Notes: generated from the sequence alone by a model not told the origin. A stretch of 64,000 nt of DNA from Amoebidium appalachense (GCA_963693365.1 CAVNZM010000007.1:434001-498000); one strand, 5' to 3'. Shown: positions 47,465 to 60,556, numbered from the stretch's first letter. Program-made: numbers and translations.

Positions 47465-48310
47465 ACAGTGCTGCGCTTGTCACTTTTTTTTTCTTTTGAC
47501 TCTTTGACAAGAAACACATTCCTTGATTGTCGCCTGGTTGGTGTTTAAAATTATCCTGCACTTTGATATATGTGCTTTTAGATATGCCACATTCTGTCAC
47601 AACTGATCCCGAGAACTGACTCAGAGGTTGGGCCTCTCAGTCTGGTCGGACTCCATTTTTGCAGCATAAACTGTGTGTGTGTGGATCGGTGTGTTTGTTC
47701 GTAGTCAAAGCAGGTATCCGTGACCTCAGCAACATAACCATTATGATATTGCCAAACAAGTGTAACAGTTCTTTTTTCTTCTTCGCTGTTATGTAACGGT
47801 TTAAACTGTTGCACATGAACTATTTTGGGGTGCACTCTCGGTGCCCCATGACAGTGGCGAGGAGAGAGAGGGGGGGAGGGAGGGAGGGGGTTTCAAAAAG
47901 AAGGCTTTTTTTATTTTTCCCTGTTTTTTTTTTTTCTTTTTTTATTGCATTGATCAATTGTTACTGGTACACTGGCCTTTTTTGTTGGTGGTTGGTGGAG
48001 CTATTTTGTGGAAATGGTGAGCGGGTGTGGGTGTATGCGTGTCACGGTGTGCGTGCGTGCGTGGAGGTGTGTGTGTGTGTACATTCATGCGTGTGTTACA
48101 AGTTACGGGTCACAGCGTGTGTGTGTGTGTATGCGTGTGTGCATGTGTGCTATGCATGGCACTGCGTGTGTGTGTGGTGTGAACATACATATTGTTTCCA
48201 TGTATATGTGTGTGTGTGTGTGCGTGTGTGCGTGTGTGTGTGTGTGTGTGTGACACTGTGTATGTGTGTGTGTGTATGTGTGTGTGTGTGTATGTGTCCG
48301 TCTCGAGACG

Positions 48311-48689
48311 TGAAGTTACCGGAAGAGTTGGCCATGTTGATGACTTGAATCGCGGTGGAAGAGTTGATGGGCCGATAACCAGTTTAGAGTGCAAAACCCT
48401 CGTCGACTAGAGTAGAGCACAGAAGTGATCGGTGGTTGTTGATATCGATGTTTATTGACTAGTGATTGAATGAGTCCCGTCATTCTGGTTTATATACCTG
48501 CGTAGCTGAGAGAGCTAAGATATGATTGGGTAACTCATAATCCATTCGGAACTAAGCTAAGTAATAAACCAATCAGATCACATTCTAAGAATGTTCTGTA
48601 CGAGTCAGGAATATGAATACATTGATCCGCATCTTGAATAGATCCCGGCGGTACGCTAGTATATGCACACAAGTCACACTATCGTAACA
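48311..48689 (-). mobile_element. Probable LTR or LTR fragment
   Basis: Minus strand begins TGTTAC and contains CCAAT motifs, a TATA box (gtatataaa) and AATAAA in LTR-like order. No TSD or partner LTR found. Confidence 0.45.
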
Positions 48690-48691
48690 CC

Positions 48692-49480
48692 CGTTGCGGC
48701 CGCCTTCACAAAAAACATAGGGCCACATTGTGGTCGCCGTCACGAAAAACATAGGGCCATGTTGCGGCCGCCGCCACGAAAAACATAGGGCCATGTTGCG
48801 GCCGGCTTCACGAAAAAGAAATGGCCATGTTGCGGCCGCCGTCGCGAAAAACATAGGGCCACGTTGCGGCCGCCGTCACGAAAAGCATAGGGCCACGTTG
48901 CGGCCGCCGTCACGAAAAACATAGGGCCACCTTGCGGCCGCTGTCCCGAAAAACAAAGGGCCACGTTGCGGCCGCCGTCACGAAAAACAAAGGGCCACGT
49001 TGCGGCCGCCGTCACGAAAAACATAGGGCCACGTTGCGGCCGCCGTCACGAAAAACATAGGGCCACGTTGTGGCCGCCGTCACGAAAAACATAGGGCCAC
49101 GTTGCGGCCGCCATCCCGAAAAACAGAGGGCCACGTTGCGGCCGCCGTCACGAAAAACATAGGGCCACGTTGCGGCCGCCGTCACGAATTCACAGGGGGC
49201 GGCCGTCGTCAAGAAAGCATAGGGCAATGTTGCGGCCGCCGTCACAAAAAACATAAGGCCACGTTGCGGCCGCCGTCACGAAAAACATAGGACCATGTTG
49301 CGGCCGCCGTCCCGAAAAACATAGGGCCACGTTGCGGTCGCCGTCACGAAAAAAATAGGGTCCTGTTGCGGCCGCCGTCACGAAAAACAGGGGGCGGCCG
49401 TCGTCAAGAAAAGCATAGGGCCACTTTGCGGCCGCCGTCACAAAAAACATAGGGCCACGTTGCGGCCACCGTCACGAAAA
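48692..49480. repeat. 34-bp CpG-rich tandem array (~23 degenerate copies) containing NotI sites
   Basis: Unit ggccacgttgcggccgccgtcacgaaaaacatag. Confidence 0.95.
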
Positions 49481-49823
49481 AGGTATGAATGGTGTGAATG
49501 TTTTGTGGTTGGGGGAGGTTCCCCAGCCACAAGTGGATGGTCTCAGTGTTTCTTGTCCCAACCCAGTGTTTGTTCTAACCACACCTGGGAGGGGGTTTCT
49601 GCGCCATTGTTTCCGGGAGGGGGGGGGGACACACACGAGTAAAGGGGGAAGGGGGGGGAAGGCACAGACACGTAGAAACACACCACCACCACAACACACG
49701 ACGGTTGCAGACACACCTACACCCACACACACACCCATACATACACCACACACACCACCCACCCACACACCACACACACACACTCCACCACCACCCACGT
49801 CACATACACACCCCACCCCACCC

Positions 49824-52590
49824 ATGCAGGCACCACATATACAGGTAGGTATGTTGCACGTAGGTATCGAGGGTGTGAGTCTTCGTGGGCAGGGTCTGGG
49901 TGTGAGTGATGATGTGTTGCTCGAATTGGAGGAGGATTTAGTTGGTTTTAGCCGGCATTATATAGACGTATGGTTAGCTGATGGTAAGTTGAAGGCTGGC
50001 AGTGCTTTGCTCGATGGAGGGGCTCAGGTTAATTGTGTGCATGCTTCGTTTATTCGTCGTTTTAGTCAGGCCGGGGGGGAGATTCCTATTTTAGATGCTT
50101 CTAGCACGGCCTTAGGTAGTGCTAATAATAGTAGTATGTCTGTTGAAGGTGTTTGTGTGTTGCCGTGTGAGATAGGTGGCCAGGCTATGCATATTGCTTG
50201 TTATGTGGTTAAGGATATAGCTCAAAGTGTTTTGTTGGGAGCCCCATTAATGATTCTTCCGTAGACATGTGAATGCTTTGTTAAAACTGTTTGAACGTAC
50301 GAATGTTTTAGAATTGCAGTCCGGCGTTAATATTAAGACCCATGATGGGCTCGACGGTTATCAGTCAGGTGCTACTAGTAGAACGGTAGCCTGAAGTAGT
50401 AATCGAGCCTTATCAGTGCCAAACGGTACGTGTCCGGGCCGGCAATCATGTTAGGATAGGGGATTCAAAGTTTAGGGGTTTTTACTCCGAAAACCCCATT
50501 TCAGGAGGTGGCTCAATGGACCCTTAGTAGGGTATGGCCGGATAAGACGAGAGCAGAATTAGTGAATCCGGGCATCGAGCCTATAGTGATAGGTCAGGTG
50601 TTTCCGTCGGTAGTTTCACTAATGAGATTGGTAGTATAGAGGTCTCTCTTATTACCCAAAAGGAGGATGCCGGCTCGAAGGGTGACTCAGGAGGAGGGGG
50701 AACAACTTTATTTAACGTTAGCCACCAAAATGTCACCCGACACGATGGGGGGGGGGACCGGGACAGCACCGGTCCCACTCCCCCGACCCCCACGAGGAAG
50801 GAGGGTCACCCCGGGTGTGAGAATGTGCAGGCAGGGGGGGAGGGTGTTGGTCTAACCCGTGGATCTGACGGGTTAACCAACACCGTGGGGGGCAGGGTGG
50901 CCACAGACCTGGCCCCCCACATACATGCACTAACTCATCAGGAATTGCCCGGGGGCATTGGTATGCCGGGGGGAGGGGGGGGTGCTAATGGTGACCGCCT
51001 ATATCCGGAGGTGCCTCAAACTAACCCCGTGCAGCACCGATGTAATACAGGAGGTGAAATGTTAAGTGGCACTCCGGTGAATAAGGATGCATCCACTTGT
51101 GATGGGGGTAACCCGGAGTTAGTATTGCCGTTTGGTATGAAGGAGGGGGATTGGACGGTGGAGCAGAAAAAATTATTAGCTAAGATATTTGATAGGACTC
51201 AGTTCGCATTTCTGGCCGATGATAACGAAGTAGGCTTCGTTAAAGGGTTTGAAATGCAGATCGACACAGGTGATAATAGGCCGGTAGTTATGCCTAGCTA
51301 TAGAATGGAGCAGTATAAATTGTCGGATGCGCTAATTATAGTGAGTGATATGTTAAAAAAGGGTCATGTGGAGCATAGTTTGAGTCCGTGGAGAAGTCCG
51401 GTGCTATTGGTTAAGAAGCCCGACGGGTCTTGGTGTCTAGTGAACGATTACAGGGCTCTAAATCGGGTCACTAAGGCAGACCAATGGCCTCTCCCAAACA
51501 TAGACGAGCAGCTTTCACAGCTGCACGGCTATACTCACTTTGCTAAACTTGATATAAAAGCAGTTTTTTGGCAGATAAGGTTGGAGGAGAGCAGCAAGGA
51601 GAAGACTGCCTTTGCACTGGGTGACCAGCTGTTCCAGTACAAGGTGGTGCCGATGGGTTTGCTCTCCTCTCCAGCTGTGTTGTGCCGGGTAAAGTATAAA
51701 ATTCTCCACCCTCATTTGGATGTATGCCACCCTTCAAATTTGGATGATGTTTTAATTAAATCATTTGAGGAGTTAGTTAATAATTGTGAAAAAGTATTTT
51801 TAGCTTTGGGTGCCAGTCTGGTCTTCGTATTAGTGGTAGCAACTTGAAGACTGTGATTGGTGTGCCGGAGGTTGAGTTTTTAGGAGTATCGTTTCTAGTA
51901 ATGGTCTTTCCCCTGATCCGGAGAAAATCCGGGCCATAGTTGAGTGGCCACGTCCTCAGACTGTCACTCAACTAAGGCAATTTTTAGGTTTAGTAACTAA
52001 TTATCTTCGTCGTTATATTAAGGATTATAGTATGCTTGCTTTGCCGTTAACTAGTCAGACAGGGGGGGAGAAGAAGACTAGAATAGATTGGAATGTTGAT
52101 GCTGTTTCTGCTTTCGAAAAGCTTAAGTTAGCTTTGCAGTCTTCGAGTATGCTTGTTCATCCTGATTTTTCGGCCGGGGGGGGGGGGGGGGGGGGGGGGG
52201 GATGTTTAAAGTTCGATGTGATGCGAATAAGGTTGCTGAGGGGGCCGTGTTATATCAAGTGCAGGAGGGGCAGGATAGAGTGATTGCTTATGCTAGTCGT
52301 TCGTTTAGTAAAAGTGAACGTAGATACAGCAATCCGGAGAGAGAGTCCCATGCTATCTTTTGGGCAGTCTCACAGGCATGGAGGTATATATATATACTCG
52401 CAGGCAGGACGTTCGAGGTCTACACCGACCACAAGCCCTGCCTAGCCATGGCCGGCACCACTCGTCTGGTCAACGAGAGGATGCAGAAGTGGGCCGCGGC
52501 TCTCGGTGAGTTCTCCTATAAATTGTTTTATGCCAAGGGGGAAACAATGGTTGACTGTGATGCTCTCTCTCGTGCTGCTTATATTTTGTT
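49824..52590 (+). pseudogene. Decayed Ty3/Gypsy pol (protease, RT, RNase H); integrase absent
   Basis: ALLDGGAQVN protease; SPWRSPVLLVKKPDGSWCLVNDYRALN, LDIKAVFWQI, KTAF, PMGL, degenerate NLDD; RNase H CDA...VIAYASR...ERESHAIFWAV...VYTDHKP...DALSR. Multiple stops and frameshifts. Confidence 0.92.
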
Positions 52591-53196
52591 TGAAGAAGGG
52601 AAGGAGGGGGAGGGGCCCGGGGGGCTAGTGAGAGACGGGGGGGGGAGGGGGGGGGAAGGGGGGGGAGAGTGAGCAGAAAGGAATAGATGCTGTGTATGTT
52701 GATGTGTCTTCTTGGGCTCCGGGGTTGCTTGCTTATAAGTGTCGGGCAGGGGGGGGGGGGGGGGGGGGGGGGGGGGTGTTGCAGGCCAAAGTGTCGTCCA
52801 GGCCAAAGTGTCGTCATCTCTAATAAAATCCAGGTCGTCAAATTTGGCTGGTCTAGGGGGAATATCGGGCAGGCCAAAATGCACCCCCCCCCCCCCCCTC
52901 TACTACCCTGGGTGACGGGGGGTCAGAGGGTTTGTGTGTGGTGGGAGAAACACAGTGTGGGCGCGGGGGGGGGGGGGGGGGGGGGAGGGGGTATAAGAAA
53001 TCATTGTCTTAACCTTCCCCCCCCCCCCCCCCTACTATCCCGGAAACAGGGAGGGAGTGCAGGGGTGCAGGGGGGTCAGGGTGTGTATATGTGGTTGGAG
53101 AAACACAGCGTGTGCACGGACCTGCACGGTCTGGCCTAGATGGCAAAATTCTCTCCCCTCCCCCCCCCCTCCCCCCTCCCCCCCTCCCCCCCCCCC

Positions 53197-53230
<34 letters not shown>

Positions 53231-54746
53231 AGGGAAACGGAAACAGGGAGGGAGTACATGGGTGGTAAGGTTGCAAATGTAAGGTTTACGCTGTATTTTA
53301 TGGATCAGGTGTGTGTGTGTCATTCCACACACACACACACACATCAGTGTAAGCGCATCCAGGCACGACATTATCATACTCTTTGACAGTGTATAGACTT
53401 AGTGTCCAATCATGCTATTTTATCGTGTGTGTGTGCACTGCACACACACTTCAATGTGTCTGCATCAGCAATCTTGTTGCGGCATCCAAAAGCTGTCGTA
53501 AACTACCCGACGACATCGGAAACCCCTCAACACCTCCAAAACTAACCCCAAATACATATCATTGCTCCCCGACGTCTAATGGATGTGTCGTAATATGCTC
53601 GATCCGATACCCGATGCACCAATGGATGTACATAGAACCCCGCGAGTGCATATCCAATGGGTGTGCAATGTAGCCATCTAACCGACGTGCAATGGACGTG
53701 CAATAGATCCAACATACGACGTCCAGTCGGTGGGTATATGACGGCGGCCAGGGGGCATTCAGACAGTCGTAACACCGTCTACGGGAGGATCAGAACGCCA
53801 CCCTGTGGACGATCTTATGCATGTCTATGGTTTGATGTAAAGCCATATAACGGAGCACTGTAAACGCATCGAATGTATGGTATTAATACCCTCTTGATCA
53901 AATACGTATGACTATCACATGTATGTCTATCGTTTGTTGTAAAGCAATGCAATGGAGCACTGCAAAACCATTCAGTTGATTATAAAAATAGATCGAAATC
54001 CAATCGTTCAGACGCCCTTTCCGACATCCGAAACACAACCAGTGGATATACCATGGGTGGGTTTGTGCTAACCCATGACCTATCATAAGATGTGATTTGC
54101 ATCCTACTACAGATTACATTACGATGTTGTAAACAGATGCATAGGAGGACATTACGACATATAATGTAGATGACGCATATTAATACATTTGACGTCGTAA
54201 CGTACACTTGCATATGTTGTAAGGGTGTGCTATGCACATGCACAATGTGCTTTTTGGTGCGTCATAAACCCATCCTTACATGCATAATGGCATGTTCAAT
54301 GTATGATAATGATATCATACATCATACGTCATAAAATCACTGTAAGGACACATACAATATGACATCAGACGGTAAGAAGAGCGCATAAAGATGTTTCTTT
54401 GCGTCTCGCTCCACAGGAGCAGAGACGGATACCATATGAACTTTTTTGTCTCGCTCCACTGGAGCAGAGACCACGCCTGACAGTTTTGTTTTTCTCACAA
54501 CTTGTTACAAATTTTTAAGTCTCGTTCCACAGGAGCGAGACTGCAATACAACAAATTTCTATGTCTCGACTCCGGAGTCTGCTCCAGACTGCACTAGACA
54601 CCAAAACATATCAAAAAAAAAAAAAAAAAAGAGGGTGGTGGGGGGGGGGGGGGGGGGGGGGCTTCTATCATCCCACTAGTCCCCATCCTCATCCTCCCCA
54701 CCCTCATCTCCTTCCCCCCCCCCAGCCGGGGGGGGGGGGGGGGGGG

Positions 54747-55511
54747 TGTTGGAGTACACTGGTACTCCCGGCTAGCAATGTCTGTTAGAGAAAGTTTCTG
54801 AGCAATTGAATAATTGTTTCAACACTCACTCGAGTGCATAGAGCTTTTTTTTACGGTCATATTCATATATGGTAGTTATATGTTTGAGCCAAAACTGTAC
54901 CAATGACGAGCTTCACTAGCAACGTGCTAATTGTGCTCATTAATTAATATTCCCGGTTCAGATGATGTCATGTCTATAATTGCCACAGGATTCTATTCTT
55001 AGAGTGGTAGTGTGCTTTATTCCCGGATATTCTCAGAATATTTTTAGTTGTGTGAAGTAAGATTTACGTTTAACTGCAATTGGTGTGTTAAACACGTTTA
55101 TTTGTGTGCTTTAGTGCAAGTTAACTAGCCACTCAACGTGCACAGTTAACTTTTATATCTTTAACGACTTGTTTTCATTGTGCTCTCTTTTCGGCCATGC
55201 TGTACATGGCCCACCACCAGGGTGCACACGAGGCCACCATGAGGTGGCCAACGACTATATAAAGCAGTGCCTCCCATGTCACAAACATGGGAAGCAGAAC
55301 GTTTGATTTACACTTTTCTACTGTCGTTTTCAGTGCACAAAACACATAGACAAGTTACCCATCATACACGACACTATGTCTGACAACTTACAGTTGCAGC
55401 AACTAGTCCAACTACTGGAGCAGAGGTTGGCCTCACAAGATGCAATCATTTCTGACTTACAGAAGGAACAACGTGCACTAGAACTAGCTTCTATGAACAC
55501 GATGTCCAACA
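54747..55511 (+). repeat. LTR-A (5'), followed by PBS GGGTTATGGGCCC
   Basis: TG...CA ends, TATA box (ctatataaag ~55256); matches 60557-61321. Confidence 0.95.
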
Positions 55512-55813
55512 GGGTTATGGGCCCAGACACGACACCGCGGCCTCTAACTTCACGTCCCCTACGACGCCTTGAACGGAGGAGCCAGAAACCGACTTCTAGG
55601 CTGTACCCTACACCCGCGAGCGTATTTCCGTGAAGTAGAGACTTTCGCTTCCACAAACTCCATCCGCAGCAGCCTGCGACATCAACGTCAAGTATTCCAC
55701 TTCATTGGCGGGGCACGCACCACAGTGGAATGCACACCCCGGTCTACCCTGCAAGCAGCCACACTCACTCTCTCTTCTCTAGTGGCGTGTACACTTCTCC
55801 AATTGGGTAGGGG

Positions 55814-56205
55814 TGTTGGAGTGCAGACTTACGCTCACTCCACAATATGTGTATGTTAGCTTTACAATTGGTTCCGTGTACACAGACACATGCTGACACT
55901 CGATCACCACATGCACATCTGCATAGTTGAGGAATGTTTCCAATTGTGTTTTGACTGCAAACGATTGGTTCATTGGTCCCAGAGATCTCTAAATGAAAGT
56001 AACCAATCCGATTAGCGCCTGGCATCCGGATTACATTCCAGACTGCTGCCCCACGGGTATATAAGCCACGTCTCTGCCAGGTGCAGACATGGAGTTCAGA
56101 CATGGAGTTCAGTCATGGAGTTAACACACTGAAAGCAGTAAAAAAACGGGTCAGCGCCCAAGCGCGCCACGACGACCCTAGTCACAGCGGACTCTACTTC
56201 CAACA
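55814..56205 (+). repeat. Internal LTR-B (392 bp), unrelated to LTR-A except at the termini
   Basis: Preceded by PPT gggtagggg; begins TGTTGGAGT and ends TCCAACA; has its own CCAAT and TATA (gtatataag ~56058); followed by PBS GGGTTATGGGCCC. Confidence 0.85.
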
Positions 56206-56210
56206 GGGTT

Positions 56211-59200
56211 ATGGGCCCCTCACGTAATGATTCCATCAAGTTCAAGGTCGACATCCCTCTCTTCACTGGCATTGATAATGATTCAGGCACGGACTACCAC
56301 ACATGGGCCGAAACCATGTATGTCCAGCTTTCTGGTGCTGGTCTTCTCCACACCATCGCTCCCAGTACGGAGCACCCGGCTACCCGTGAACAGGTCGACA
56401 CTGCCCGTTCCTACCTGTGGCAAGCACTCTCGGTTGACGTGCGTTGTATCCTAGGGTTAACACGCACCACCACACCTGCGGAGATATGGTCGGCCCTATC
56501 TGCCCACTACCTGGAGCAATCTGAGGCCAATCAGTACGACCTTATCGGGCTGTACATGAATTCTACGCCTGAACCTACGGACACCGCGACGAAATACGCC
56601 ATGAAGCTCCGCGGCTACGTGCGGCGCCTGGCCGATTACGGCACACAAATTGGTGATGCTCAAGTGCTGACCAAGCTCACCAACGACCTCGGCAAGGTGC
56701 CTTACTACGAAATGCCTGTCATTGCCTACAAGATGACACCCAAGCCTACCGTAATGGGCCTCCTCCAACAGCTACGGGCATATGAGACCAGCCACCCACG
56801 TGCACGTGTGACTACCAGCTCCGGGCCGGCCGCCTTCACCACACGGGCTCCTCAACCTGTCATCTGCCACGGCTGCGGCAAACCAGGCCACATCAAGTCT
56901 CAGTGCCCCAACGGCAACGGCCAACACAGCAACTCTGGCAACAACCGTGCCAGCACCTACCCCAAGGGTTCCTGCGTCAACCACCCACTGTCTACCAGTC
57001 ACACTACCGCCATGTGCAAGGGGGGCAACCGTGCCAACGGCCGCAAACCTAAGGGTGGTCCCCTCCCGCCTGGGTCCTGCATCAACCACCCTGCCTCTAC
57101 TACCCACACTACGGCACAGTGCAAGGGGGGCTGCCGCTCCCCGGGCTTTCCTCATGTCTAGCAACGACTGTGGCACCAACAAGGTGCTCCTCGACTCTGG
57201 AGCCACTGACCATGTGTGCCCCCGGCCCGATGTGTTCGTCAACATGCGTGCGGCGCCTTACTCCACGGTCCAAGTAGCCGACAAGGGTGCATGTGCAGTG
57301 CTTGGGGTGGGCGACGTGTTCTTTTCCAGCACCATCGACGGCGTTACTGCGGTGCATCAGCTGACGGATGTACTCTACGTGCCCTCCATCCCCGACACTC
57401 TCATCAGTGTGTTCACGGCATCTACCAACGGCGTTTTACCCCGCTTTGACACCCGCGGCGGCGTTAAGTTGTACTACGGCGATCAAATTCTGGCCACCGG
57501 CTCGGCTGTCGGCACCAAGCTGTACCACATGGCGGTGTCTCTTCTGCGCGCGGACACAACCCCGGACGCCCAAACCACCACTGCTCCGCGTATCCTCAAG
57601 GTTACTGCCGACCTCAACACGTGGCACTACCGTCTGGGCCATGCTGGCATTGACGCTGTACGCTCGGTCATCAAGTCTGCAGGCCTGTTGGTGGGTGGCG
57701 GTGCCAAGTCTCCGGGTGTGTGTGAGCCCTGTGCCCTCGGCAAAGCCCACCGTGTTGCCTTCTCCGAATCAACCAGCCAAGCTCCCCGGGTCCTAGCCAA
57801 GGTTCACAGCGACATCAGCGGCCCCTTCCCTCCCGCGATCGGTGGTGCTCAGTACTTGGCGACGTTCCACGACGACTTCACCGGCCACACCACGGCCGTG
57901 CCCCTCGTCAAGAAGTCGGACACACTGGCTGCATATGTGACGTACCACAAGGCGGCGGTTACCCAACACGGTGTTCCCATGCAGGTGTTTCAGTCCGACG
58001 GGGGGGCGAGTACATGGGCACGGCCTTCGGGGACTACAACCGTGAGCACGGCATTCGCCATCAGATCACTACCACTGGCACCGGCTCTCCTCAACAGAAT
58101 GGGACTGCCGAACGACTGAACCGGACCCTCCTCGACATGGTTCGGGCACTCCTGCAGCAGTCCGGCCTTCCGGTGGGATTCTGGGCCGAGGCAGCTGTGA
58201 CCGCGGCTTTTATACGCAACATGCTCCCGTCGCGAGCCACCGGCAGCCAATCGTCTCCCGCCCTGCTGTGGACCGGCATTCCTCCCGACTACAGCCGGCT
58301 CCGTGTCTGGGGCTCTCCCTGCTACGTCCATCAACAGGATACACCGAAACTGGCGCCTCGTGCCGTCAAGGGCATCTTCGTGGGCTACCCTCCTAACATC
58401 AAGGGCTACAAGGTCTGGATTCCAGCAGCACACAAGATGACCGTCAGCCGTGACGTGCAGTTCGACGAGGCTGCTATTCTGCACCCCCTCCGTGATGTCC
58501 CATCTGATTGGTCGACCGCACCGGCAATTCATCATTTTTTGGAGTCATCTGATTCGTCAAATCAGCCAGCCAATCACATCGTCCGGAATGATCAGCAATC
58601 TGATTCGTCTCGTCTGTCAGCCAATGGGACAGCGCCGAGTGATCAATTGGACATTCCGATCCTGCCCGAGCCTGCACATCGGCTCCCCCGGACGACCCGT
58701 AGTGGCGCTGTGTACAACGACCAACGTCGAGGCCCGACTGCCAACGTGGCTGCTGCTACGGCCCCCCTTGCCTCCCAGGCTACGGCTCCTGCATCAACAC
58801 CCATCAAGGCTTCCACCATTGTTGTCCCCAAGACTGTCCGGGCTGCACTCAAGAGTCCCCAGCGTCTGAAATGGGAGGAGGCTGCACACCGTGAGCTCAA
58901 GGCCCTGGAAGACAACGGCACCTTCACCCTTGTGCCCCGTCCAGAGGATGGCTCCACTGTCATTCCGGTCGGCTGGGTCTTTACGGTCAAGCAGGACAAC
59001 GTCGGCAACGTCACTGCTTTCAAGGCCCGGCTTGTGGCCCGGGGCAACTACCAGCAGCCTGGCCAGGACTATTTCGTCACCGAGTCACCTGTGGCTGCAC
59101 TGGCTACCATCCGGCTGGTTTTGGCTACCTCCGTGGCCCAAGGTCTGCCTCTGCGCCACATCGACGTCAACACAGCATTCCTCAACGGCACCGTCAACGA

Positions 59201-60371
59201 GACCATCTACATTGAGCAGCCCCCTGGCTTCGTCAACCCCTCGGCCCCCCATGCTGTCGGCTTGCTCCACAAGGCGCTCTACGGCCTAAAACAGGCACCG
59301 CGCCAGTGGTATGAGGCCCTCCGTGACCATCTCCTCGACCAAGGCTTCATTGTGAGTGCTGCTGACCCGTGCCTGTTCATCAAGAATGCCGGGACCCCAA
59401 CGTTTATTGCCCTTGCTGCCTACGTGGATGACTTCACCGTGACGGCCGCCACTGATGCGCTCATCGACGATTTTTTCACCAAGCTGGATGCTCGTTTCTC
59501 TGCCAAGGACCTGGGTCGTCCTACCCTGCTCATCGGGCACACTCTTACCTGGCTGGAGGACGGGTCTCTGCGTCTGGGCCATCGTCAACACATCATCGAC
59601 TTGGCTGCCCGTTTTCGTCTCACCCACATGTCCGGCACCAAGACCCCCATCGTCCCGGGCCAGGCCAGTGAAAGCAACAAGACCCCAGCCCACAGCAAGA
59701 AGGAGGACTATGCCAGCCTGGTCGGTGCCCTGCTGTGGATTGCGCGTACCACCCGCCCCGACATTTCCCAGGCTCTGGGAGTCCTTACTCGACACATTCA
59801 TGCGCCCACCGTCACCCACTGGACTATGGCTACCAGAATTGTAAGCTACCTGCTGGCCACCATCGACCTGGGTATTGTCTACCGTCCCGGCCCCCCCACC
59901 CTTGTTGGCTACTCCGACTCCGACTACGCCGAGGACCGCGACACCCGGCGCTCCACCACGGGCTATGTCTTCTTCATCAACTCCTCCCCTGTGTCCTGGG
60001 TGTCTCGGCTCCAGTCCATCACCACCCACAGCTCCACTGAGGCTGAATTTGTGGCCATGTCTGCTGCTACGAACGAGGCCATATGGCTCAACTATGTGAT
60101 GGACGACCTGGGCCTTAATCCTATCGATGAGCCCACCCCGGTGCCCATCCATGGGGACAATGAGTCTGCCCGGGCCCTGCTGGACACCCTGGGGGTTAAG
60201 CCCAAGACCAAGCACATCGACGTCCGCTACTGCTCCGTCAAGGAACATCACCTGCTGGGCAACATCACTGTGGTCCCGGTGGCTTCTGCTGACAACAAGG
60301 CCGACATGTTCACCAAGGCCCTGTCTGCCTCTTTCTTCACCAAGGCCGTGGGGATGCTCAACATGTGCTGA
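56211..60371 (+). CDS. Copia gag-pol polyprotein (gag, protease, integrase, RT, RNase H) with two frameshifts in G-runs (~57125, ~58000)
   Basis: CCHC knuckle CHGCGKPGHIKSQC; VLLDSGATDH; WHYRLGH...CEPC; VHSDISGP, SDGGGEY, QQNGTAERLNRTL; FKARLVARG, LYGLKQAPRQW, YVDD; GYSDSDYA...RRSTTGY, SSTEAEF, KHIDVRY, ADMFTK. Domain order PR-IN-RT-RH is Copia-type. Confidence 0.95.
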
Positions 60372-60556
60372 GCACCCGTCATCAACCAACTGCGCCCTCA
60401 TACTTCAGGGGGGGGAGAGAGTTGCATCCGACTGTGCAACTACGTGTACCATACTAAAATTGAGTAGGGAAATCTTTATTGTCTGTATTTTGTGCACCTG
60501 AAGCACTCGAGCTCAGTTGCATTAATTCATACCACAATTATCCAATTGAGTAGGGG

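Noticed and set aside
57120-58010. Programmed frameshifting in the Copia gag-pol
   Set aside because: Both shifts fall in G homopolymers, one inside the conserved integrase SDGGGEY motif; sequencing error or slippage mutation is simpler.
59286-60401. 371-aa antisense ORF over the Copia RT/RNase H
   Set aside because: Expected shadow ORF from GC-rich codon bias; no recognisable motifs.
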